10,877 nt of DNA, taken from a bacterium (GTDB lineage: Bacteria; SAR324; NAC60-12). Positions within the stretch are counted from its first letter, which is position 1; every line of letters begins with the position of its first letter. The translations under genes were made by a program, and so were the position numbers. The stretch is from assembly GCA_965233585.1 (NCBI GenBank), contig CBDDTI010000735.1, forward strand, positions 1 to 10,877, written 5' to 3'. The notes under the pieces were generated by a model. It was given only the letters and a program-made list of their open reading frames with translations. It was not told where the DNA came from and made no database searches. Positions 1 through 8,130 of the stretch are shown in pieces.

Positions 1-1769
1 AGTCAACTCAAGAATATTTCCTACAGCTATATCTACGCATATGATTTCTCCAAACAGAGGCACATTCTGAGCAAAGAGGAATGAACAGCTCTTACTGATT
101 TACGTAATGATGACAGCATCATCATCACGAAACCAGATAAGGGTAATGGAATTGTCATCGTTAACAAGCTTGACTACCTCAATAAAATGAAGCAACTGAT
201 CTCTGATGAAACTAAATTAAAAAACTTACACAAAACCCAACGAAGTCTAGAGAGGACAGTCTTATTACCTACCTCCGTAAACTTAAAAGAGATGGTATTA
301 TTGATGATGAAACACTTCTTAAAATACTGCCATCTGGTTCCACGCATGATGTCCTCTACGGTCTTCCCAAGGTACATATATCTGGTTGCCCGTTTCGCCC
401 TATTGTCTCCTCTGTGAACACTTATAACTATAACCTTGCCTCCTATCTTGTTCGGGTACTTCAACCTATCTCAACTAATCAGTTTACTGTCAAGGACTCC
501 TTCAGCTTTGCAGAATGGGCCAAGACACAATCATAATGGCGAATATATGTGCTCTTTTGACGTTAGTTCTCTCTTCACCAACGTTCCACTTGATGAGACA
601 ATACAAATCTGTCTAGAAAAATTATATGCTTTAGCCAATCCACCAAAGCTACCACGCTCTGTTTTGAAAGATTTACTTGCTTTAGCCACTAAGAGGAGCC
701 ATTTTGTCTTTGATGGCCAGTAATACGACCAGATCGATGGTGTCGCTATGGGATCTCCTTTAGGACCGGTTTTGGCCAATATTGTTATGTGTGACTTCGA
801 GGAAAAATGGGTCATGAATAACGGTGCACGTCCAACCATTTGGTTTAGATATGAAGATGACACTTTCACCCTATTTAACAATAAGGACACCGCTGTTCAA
901 TTCCTTTCTTATCTCAATAGCCGGCACAAGAACATTTAATTCACCATTGAATTTGAACAGGACCATGAGATTCCTTTTCTTGATGTTCTCATCAAACGCC
1001 ATCTTAACAACTCTTTTTCCACTTCCATCTACCGAAAGAAAACGTTCACTGGTCTCTACACTCAATGGGATTCTTTCACACCACGGAAATACAAGATTAA
1101 CCTCATCCGCACACTTACTTCTCGTTGTCTGCGAATTTGTTCATCACCCTGTATGCTACAGTCGGCTTTAGACGATCTCAAGACGCATTTGTCACGCAAT
1201 GGGTACCCCCGTGGTATTATTTCTTATAACATGAACGATGTAGTCAATAAACACCGAAACAAACCTAAGGATATCATTACAGTGCCAAAAAAAGAAATTT
1301 TCATTGTTTTACCCTATCTGGGTATTCAAAGTAAAATTGTCACTCAACAGCTAAAATCATATATTTACAAGTTCTATGGTTGTTTTAATCCTAAGATTAT
1401 TTTCAAAAACACTCGACAAATTAAGTCTTTTTTTCCCCTATAAAGACAGACTCGACCGCTCCTTTAGGTCTAAAGTAGTTTATAAGGCTAGCTGCTGGGA
1501 TTGTGACGATTGCTATATCGGAAAAACAAAACGTCGATTGCATGACAGGAAAACGGAACACTTCAAAGCGCTCGACGAGTAACAGTCATTCTTGTGCCAT
1601 TGCTGATCATATAACCCAAACAGGCCACAGGATAAAATGGGATCACTTTGACATTTTAGCCACTGGACGGTCTGATATACATTGTAAAACTAAGGAAACC
1701 TTGTTGATTTGCGATTTAAAACCAGCGCTTAATGAAAATGTTGGCAGTGAGAAACTTCTTCTCTACTAG
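1..1769 (+). pseudogene. PLE reverse transcriptase / GIY-YIG endonuclease pseudogene
   Basis: Motifs across frames: TKPDKGNGIVI, LYGLPKVH..CPFRPIVS, SFDVSSLFTNVP, QIDGVAMGSPLGPVLANIVM, WFRYEDDTF (YxDD), IPFLDV, YRKKTFTGLY, NGYP, LPYLG, then VVYKASCWDCDDCYIGKTKRRLHDRKTEH (GIY-YIG) and KPALN. In-frame stops at 82-84, 721-723 and 937-939, plus several frameshifts. Confidence 0.95.
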
Positions 1770-1897
1770 CCGTTTATATTTTTCCAGCAGACTTAGTAAC
1801 TAGGTCTGTTTATTTTTATTTACTTTTACATTGTCATTACTTTCCTTATTTGGTATAAGTCTTAATGTTTAAATTTAATTGTAGTTTAGGTAACCGT

Positions 1898-1939
1898 TAC
1901 TTCTGAAGATGTATGTTGGAGCATACGAAACGTCAAGTA
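1898..1939 (+). ncRNA. Minimal type I hammerhead ribozyme (PLE-associated)
   Basis: Stem I TACTT(1898-1902)/AAGTA(1935-1939); core CTGAAGA(1903-1909); extra T; stem II GTATGT-TGGA-GCATAC; GAAA(1927-1930); palindromic ACGT stem III; predicted cleavage after GTC (1934). Confidence 0.88.
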
Positions 1940-2006
1940 CATAAATGAAAGTTTTCACAACATGTGTTGTTCCGTTATGTTTATAACCGCAGTTTGTTTG
2001 ATATTT

Positions 2007-2039
<33 letters not shown>

Positions 2040-2613
2040 TTGATGATGATAAAAATTTTAACTTTTAATTATGTCAGCGGCCTGGCATGGCTTAAAAAGC
2101 GGGTTGGCAAACCTTATATTCTTTATAGGCTTTCACAATTTCCCTATTTTATATTAGCCTGTTGACTGCTTTCTTCGTGGGTAATGTCCGGGTTGTTTGC
2201 TTGTTTTCTGGTTAGGGATTTGTATAGAAGTTGATGTAGACATAATTTCCGTCTCTTCCCTCCACATCCCGCCTCGCCCTTTCCCTATCTTTTCTCCTTA
2301 CCCACAATCCGACTCTATAAATATCTCTGTTTTTTTTTCTGAAAATAGGGTTAGCAAAGATCAGGACTCATTCTACCACTTGGCAATTAAAAACAATAAA
2401 ATTCGTCCAAAGGCCGATTGAAAGCCCTTATCTCAGGCCGCGCATTAAAAAGAGGGTCCCTAGAAGCATTTGAACGAGTAGAAGTTTAAAATGACGCAAA
2501 TTTTAGAACATTTATTCAGTAACCCGATTTCCGGCGAAGTTTCAAAGCGGTGTCATTTCAGTCTAGAAATTGTCAAGTTGAGTTTGCTGCAGCGATAGAG
2601 TGCCTGATTATAG

Positions 2614-3693
2614 GGCTTACATAGCAATAATAATCAGTAAAACACTACTTTTTTCGTAGTCCGATAAACGACTGGATTTCGCATGGAATAGAGAACAAAC
2701 TGGATGAAACATAATGCATGAATTGTCACCATATATGCTCAAAGACTGGCCTATGCTTTAACCTCATTAGCGGTGAGCCCGCTAAAACTAGACCTACAAC
2801 CTTGAACAGAATAAAATGAAAAATAGAAGCACCCCGTCCCAATTTAATGATGTACTCGTGCTACAACGAAAAGGCGCCATATTTCCATCATTGAAATGGG
2901 GAGATGGGTGGTCTTAATTTTCCATCCATTTTGTCCTGAAGATTGTAGATCCCATTTTCCTGAGTAGAGAAATGCTTTTTCCAAGGAACGATCAGCTAAG
3001 CTAAACACAGACGAACCAATATTAATGCACAGCACAGACTATATTGGCGAAAACGCACTTAAACAAGACATCACACAACAGTCAACACCATGCGTAAATC
3101 GCACAATCAAACACTTTCGCGGCATTGCTTAAGGCTTACATAGCAACTTAATTTGTCAGTAAAACAATAATTTTTTGCGGTCTGATAAACAGCAGGATTT
3201 TGCATGGAATAGATAACAAACTGAATGAAATAAAGTGCACGAATTGCCACCTTGTCGACCTTGTCTGCACAAAACTGTCCAATGGTTCAATGCCATTAGA
3301 GACCGCTAAAACTAGACCTAGATCCAATTTTCGTGAGTAGAGAAATGCTTTTTCCAAGTTGCGATCAGCTAAGCTAAACACAGGCTTAACAATATTATTG
3401 CCTAGCAGACTACTTTGGCGAAAGACATACATACCTGCCAACACTGTGCGAAAATCACACAATCTTTCACTTTCGCGGCACTGATAACAAGGCTATCCAC
3501 AACCAGGCATAATCTTTTCATGTTTAACGTAAGCGAAATATCATCGAATAACTCAAAAAAAAGTCGGCCTAGAGGTAAATAAACACCTCTGGACTTTTCT
3601 CTCAAACTCGTCTTATGCAAGTTCCCGGATGTAGAGTCACACGCTGGCGGGGAACACAATAGAACTGTAGAACTGATTTTCAAAAAAAATGTC
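2614..3693. repeat. Diverged tandem duplication of an unclassified repeat (period ~519 bp; second copy has an internal deletion)
   Basis: GGCTTACATAGCAA at 2614 and 3133; CCGCTAAAACTAGACCTA at 2779 and 3303; TGAGTAGAGAAATGCTTTTTCCAAG...CGATCAGCTAAGCTAAACAC...CACTTTCGCGGCA in both ~2950-3125 and ~3325-3480. Confidence 0.9.
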
Positions 3694-4364
3694 TTGGCCT
3701 GGGTCAACATTGACCTGCAAGTTTGCTCTCACCTAACTCATTTGACTCCTAAAACTGCACTAAACTTTTATTAACTGATTTCGAGGAATATGAAAATCGT
3801 CAGAATTTCAGCAAAATAAACTATTTTTAGCCCACTGGCCACTTAGAGTTCCTATAAAGTGTTTATTCCTCTTGCTCTTCACTAGACGCCCTTCCGATCT
3901 CACTGAGCACTAGACGCGCAAAGCATTTTCCGCACGGTGGTACTGCTCTTTGGTCTTGCTGCCGGATTTGGCGGCTAAGATGAAAAATTCGCCATCGAGC
4001 CTGCATCATCTCGGTTTCCCTCTCATCGACCACACCCCCTCGTACGAAAACTAACTCGTGTTTGCTAATGCCAAATATAGGCGTGTCCCTATCAAACACA
4101 ATGTCTTTGCAAAAGTGTGACTTTGGGGCTGGTAGATGTACAGGCTGTCCCTCTGACATAAGAAGAAGATCGTGCCACAGTATTATTTGGGGGCTCCAAC
4201 GAAAGTCGTTTAGAAAAATGACTTCGGAATGCTCCACCCCCACCCATGCGAAGGTAGTGGTGGCTGGATTCGAAAAGGTTTCGAAGATGACAGTAAGTGG
4301 TTGTAAACAAAACAAATTTGATAGCAAGGCTGGTACTACGGCAAGGGCAATTGAAACTTTAATG

Positions 4365-4405
4365 GGCCAATATTTCGACTAGCAGAGCTAGTCTTCTTCA
4401 GGGCC
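4365..4405 (-). ncRNA. Minimal type I hammerhead ribozyme (minus-strand copy)
   Basis: Exact reverse complement of 4433-4473. Confidence 0.85.
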
Positions 4406-4432
4406 AGTACTAATACAACTAGTACTAGTACT

Positions 4433-4473
4433 GGCCCTGAAGAAGACTAGCTCTGCTAGTCGAAATATTGGCC
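4433..4473 (+). ncRNA. Minimal type I hammerhead ribozyme (plus-strand copy)
   Basis: Stem I GGCC(4433-4436)/GGCC(4470-4473); CTGAAGA(4437-4443); extra A; stem II GACTAGC-TCT-GCTAGTC; GAAA(4462-4465); palindromic ATAT stem III; predicted cleavage after ATT (4469). Confidence 0.87.
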
Positions 4474-4892
4474 CATTAAAGTTTCAATTGCCCTTGCCGT
4501 AGTACCAGCCTTGCTATCAAATTTGTTTTGTTTACACTTCAAGTGACGTCTGGTACGTGAATTTCTACAAGAGATCCGGCAACAGAGTGGCCAAGTTGTT
4601 TTGTTCGACGTTGTGTGGTTCTCCTGCATTCAATCGTTTGTTACAAGTGGTTGTAGCAGGAAAGTCTTGGCAGAATTAACAGGTCCCACTAGAAGTATAT
4701 TGCGGAATTTACCCCTGCTTTTGTCCAGTAAGTTAATGACTGCTTCAGCAAACGATTGGTGGGAAAGTCTGTTCATATCACAATTTATTGCCTCTTTCCT
4801 TTTCTTTCCCCCTTTTGTTATTAGGTCCCACGTGATCTCGTTCTCCACGTTACAGTTCATTTCAAGGGATTGTAACGAAAGTCTCACGCTCA

Positions 4893-5433
4893 GACAACCT
4901 TGGACGTATTGTCTTGGAAATTTCCCCCGCGTCCCAGTTCACTGTTGGAGATACCAACGCAATCAATGTACACGAATATTTACCCCAACATTGAAAAGAA
5001 GGGAGGGGGGAGTTTTTTTCCAACATTTGAGACCAAGATTGCAGATGCAATTTTCCTGAGTCGACAAATGCTTTTTCCAAGGAACGATCAGCTAAGCTAA
5101 ACACCAACGTAGCAATATTAATGCCTAGTGCAGACTATTTTGGCGAAACCACACTTAAACAAGACATCACATACCTGTCAACACCATGAGGAAATCACAC
5201 AATCACACACTTTCGCGGCACTGATAAGGCTATCCACAACCATGCACGCATAATCTTCTCAGGTTCAACATAAGCCAAACATCATCAAATAACTCGGAAA
5301 AACTCAGCATCTTGGCAAATAAACAACTCTGGACTTTTCTCTCTCACTCGTCTTATGCAAGTTCCCGGATGTAAAGTCATGCACTGCTGGGGAACACAAT
5401 ACAACTGATTTTCACACGGAAAAAAACTATGTC
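4893..5433. repeat. Third diverged copy of the repeat at 2614-3693
   Basis: Shares AAATGCTTTTTCCAAGGAACGATCAGCTAAGCTAAACAC with ~2970, and CTCTGGACTTTTCTCTC..ACTCGTCTTATGCAAGTTCCCGGATGTA..GGGGAACACAATA with ~3587-3661. Weaker similarity extends left to ~4893 (ACAACCTTG, compare 2796). Confidence 0.88.
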
Positions 5434-5436
5434 TCC

Positions 5437-5577
5437 AAAGAACACTTAAAGACATATTTTTATAGGAAAGCCTTCCTTTAATTATTGATCCCACATTTCA
5501 TATAATCTGTATTTAGCGCAGATGAACATTTTATGCTAATCTGCGCTTTTTAAGTGCAATTAATTATTAATTATTAT
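5437..5577 (+). mobile_element. Heavily 5'-truncated L2/CR1-group LINE 3' end
   Basis: 5437-5481 reads KEHLKTYFYRKAFL*, like the L2 ORF2 terminal LKTxxFxxAF motif; then a 9-bp stem-loop AGCGCAGAT(5515-5523)/ATCTGCGCT(5539-5547) and a (TTA)-like tail. Confidence 0.7.
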
Positions 5578-5842
5578 ACCCTAAGCGATGCTGTCAGCAG
5601 CGAAAAGCTTTCTCTGTAGTAGTTTGCATTTTTTAATGCAATTTTTTTCGTAGCTTTTGCCATTGTTATTGTTAATTAGTTACTTATCTTGAATTTAAAT
5701 TTAGTCGTTTCTCGTATTATAAACGGTCTCTTCTGAAGATGTATGTCAAAACATACGAAACTTCAAGTTAAAGTCAAACAATTTTGTTTTCCAACATGCG
5801 TTTTAATGTCATGTTTGTCACTGCGGTTTGTGTGCTATTTCT
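5578..5842 (+). mobile_element. Second PLE 3'-end fragment, related to the element at 1-2007
   Basis: 5578-5622 reads TLSDAVSSEKLSL** versus ALNENVGSEKLLLY* (ending 1769). Same CTTCTGAAGATGTATGT...CATACGAAAC hammerhead and downstream CAACATG...ATGTTT...GTTTGT.TG.TATTT. Confidence 0.85.
5730..5767 (+). ncRNA. Minimal hammerhead ribozyme, probably impaired
   Basis: CTT/AAG stem I; CTGAAGA(5733-5739); stem II GTATGT-CAAA-ACATAC; GAAA(5757-5760); stem III ACTT in place of palindromic ACGT. Confidence 0.72.
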
Positions 5843-5907
5843 CATTAAGCTACGATGGCCAAAGAAAAAGAATTTCGGCATAGAATTCTCTTACTTTATC
5901 GTATTTG

Positions 5908-6735
5908 TTACCTTTCGCTGACGTCAAGTTTATAATTTCGTCCATGTGGGTTTTCCCACGCCGTTTTGTAGCCCAATGCACTGGTTTTAAGGTTAGCTAT
6001 TCTTTCTCTTACGCTGGGGATGACCATCTCAAGCAAGCCGCCAAATTTCTCTTGGTACCGGTCGGCTATGTACTTGCCTGATGAACATAATCTCAAATCG
6101 CACCCAATTTGATGAGTGCCCCTGAAGTATGTGAAACTTAACTTGGGAAGTTTTACTTGATTAGATTTTGCGGCCGCGTTTCCATCTCTATCCTTTCTCC
6201 GCAACGCGTAACCCAGCCTCGAACTTCTCCTCCCAAGATTTCCTCCCTTGTTATTTGTTATTGTCACTCTCGTCTCACGCGCTTCCTGCGTTCCCTTTTG
6301 GCCTCCCGATTCTGCCATTCGATCCCATCGTCTCTTTCTCTTTGTTTAGTCGACAAAATCTCTGAAATTCTGTCTTCTTTCTGTTTAACGGGAAACAGAG
6401 TTCTTCTTTATTCTTCTTCCATCGTCGAACATCGCTTACAGAAACTTCAAAGTCCATCTTTATACTTGCGAAATTAAATCCGTAATCTTATCAATTATTT
6501 AGGTCCTTTATATTATCGGTTATTTGGGTCTCTACATAATAGTTATTTTCAATAACTTTATCAGCCAATTTCAGTAGCATTTTAGCTTCAAATTCTTGTT
6601 ATCGAAGGTTTTCTTCGAACGGCCCCGCAATCGCTTTAGAAAGCTATTCTCTTTCTTTCATGTGTGATTGCTTCAGTACTGCTCCGGCCACGCAGTCAGT
6701 CTAAACATTGAATTCCTCTGTCGTTGTTTCCGCCT
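5908..6735 (-). pseudogene. BEL/Pao LTR retrotransposon gag remnant (DUF1759-like)
   Basis: VKLPKLSFTYFRGTHQ, then after a frameshift WVRFEIMF, then EKFGGLLEMV...GYKTAWE, preceded by a charged K/E-rich segment. Many stops and frameshifts; boundaries approximate. Confidence 0.75.
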
Positions 6736-6740
6736 TTTTC

Positions 6741-6761
6741 CGAATCACGGTCGCGGCACCG
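6741..6761 (-). other. Degenerate primer-binding site, tRNA-His-like
   Basis: Minus strand CGGTGCCGCGACCGTGATTCG versus remembered tRNA-His 3' complement TGGTGCCGTGACTCGGATTCG (16/21); lies 3 nt after the LTR-terminal CA. Confidence 0.65.
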
Positions 6762-6764
6762 AAA

Positions 6765-7082
6765 TGGTACCGAACTTGTGGGGTACACCCTCATTGACAG
6801 ACACAACTCACTTGTACTCGACAAATCCTTAGTTTATTCTTTTTCAGTCTCAAAACGCGTCCTATTTCTTGTTCTCTCGAAAAAGTCCTAAACCACAATC
6901 ACTTGCGTCTTCGATTTCAAACTTAAAAATCTCGCCATTCTAGCTGTAGCTGTCACCTATTGAAATGTCACGCAGTCACGACTTTTCTGAGACAGAAATA
7001 CGCACGATCACTGGTCACCAGTGTAAGCTAGACCAATCAAGACAATCCAAGTGAAAGAACGTGGAATAATGGTTCCGTAAAA
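6765..7082 (-). mobile_element. 5' LTR (~318 bp) of the BEL/Pao relic
   Basis: Adjacent to the PBS; imperfect terminal inverted repeats TGGTACCGAAC(6765-6775) and GTTCCGTAAAA(7072-7082), both close to TGTTACGGAAC; minus-strand AATAAA near 6835. Confidence 0.6.
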
Positions 7083-7525
7083 AGCTACCATTAACGTACA
7101 TCTAGAGATATTTGACTTTTCAGTCTCAGCTTCTATCAAGAATAGCTTCTATTCGTCAGAGTCGACTTAAGGAGATAAATTTTAATTTTAACTGCGTGAA
7201 ATGGGTTATTAATATAAGACGGGAAGAAGACATCGAGGTCTTCAGATTTGACATGAGTGAACCTCTCACAGACCAGAAGAGTCTAATGAGTCAATCGACT
7301 TCGCCAACTCGTTCAACTGCAGCACTCGTGTTTTCCCACCACCGTGGTTATAAATAGCTTGCGTGCAAGAGCCAATAGACCAGATCTGGAGATAAGCTGT
7401 CAATCATGATGTTACAAGTCACCGCAATTCCTAAAAGATGCAACTGAATTTGAAGCATCTACATGTATTTTGGAAACAGCTTCGCCAATTCCTATTTCGG
7501 TCAGCTCATTGAGAGTGAGCGAAGT

Positions 7526-8112
7526 ATAGAGTGTGTGCGCCTGACGTCATCAAATTCTCAAATCCAAAACAAAACAGCCACTAAAGGTTTCATCCTCATC
7601 AGGCATAAGAAGTACCAAATTTATACCTGGTTACAACTTTCCAGCTCAATAGCATCCTCCGTTTGGAAACCAGCACACTTTGAACTTCGAAGTTATGGCG
7701 GTGCGTGACATAACACGAAGATCGCTTTTGTCGAAAAATATACACTTATCTCGTGATTATTGGCCATTTTAGGAGTTTAAGTATCTGGAAAAGTGATTTT
7801 CTAAATATTTTTTGGCTCGGTTTAGATGATCAGTCAGCTAGATAGCCAAAGTAAGTTCCAGATGTTTATACTATTTACTGGCCGCCATGTTGGAGGACCA
7901 AAGAGGTCCTCCAACATGGCGGCTCCATACTAGGCTCTGTAATTTTGTGCAGAACATTTCGACGAATATCTCAGCTTTGGAACAACGCACACACTTTAAA
8001 CTTGGAGAACTGTCTTCTTTATTTATTGTTTACAATATCACAGTTTTTTTACTTTGTCCCTTGCATAGTTTTTTATTTTATTTTTTATTGCGTGACAGCG
8101 CACACACTTTAT
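7526..8112. mobile_element. MITE / non-autonomous DNA transposon (~587 bp)
   Basis: 15-bp TIRs with one mismatch: ATAGAGTGTGTGCGC(7526-7540) / GCGCACACACTTTAT(8098-8112); no credible ORF; internal palindrome. Superfamily not determined. Confidence 0.72.
7881..7923. repeat. Perfect 19-bp-arm palindrome inside the MITE
   Basis: GCCGCCATGTTGGAGGACC-AAAGA-GGTCCTCCAACATGGCGGC. Confidence 0.95.
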
Positions 8113-8130
8113 TTTGTTTGAGGTAGCATT

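Larger units (their letters stand above)
4302..4536. repeat. Perfect inverted repeat with 111-bp arms (4302-4412 / 4426-4536) and a 13-nt spacer
   Basis: Arms compared base by base with no mismatch found. Confidence 0.97.
4295..4655. mobile_element. Short PLE-type insertion (4306-4644) with 11-bp target-site duplication AAGTGGTTGTA (4295-4305, 4645-4655)
   Basis: Exact 11-bp direct repeat; removing the insert plus one copy restores the helicase frame. The insert contains inverted hammerhead-bearing arms, as in inverted PLE pLTRs. Confidence 0.85.
3863..4887 (-). pseudogene. SF3 helicase (parvovirus NS1/Rep-like) gene fragment, split by a 339-bp insertion and lacking its 5' part
   Basis: Joining 4887-4645 to 4294-3863 gives one open frame (224 aa): RGKFRNILLVGPVNSAKTFLLQPLTVIF (Walker A), EVIFLNDFRW (Walker B), EGQPVHLPAPK (B'-like), TPIFGIS (motif C-like), C-terminal PCGKC. 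Convincing homology starts near 4776. Confidence 0.85.

Noticed and set aside
1..1769. Bacterial retron, group II intron or DGR reverse transcriptase
   Set aside because: The DKG motif, C-terminal GIY-YIG domain and 3' hammerhead are diagnostic of Penelope-like elements, and the context is eukaryotic.
2844..3710. Minus-strand ORFs sharing VFSLADRxLEKAF (also 4862-5107)
   Set aside because: Similarity follows from the DNA repeat; frames are broken by different indels in each copy and no domain is recognisable.
4302..4536. Palindrome as a parvoviral terminal hairpin belonging to the NS1-like gene, or as a MITE or pre-miRNA
   Set aside because: It interrupts the helicase coding frame, the TSD encloses 108 extra non-palindromic bases on one side, and the arms carry hammerheads; this fits a PLE inverted pLTR.
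4062..5100. Plus-strand and alternate-frame ORFs overlapping the helicase
   Set aside because: Antisense or shadow frames with no motifs.
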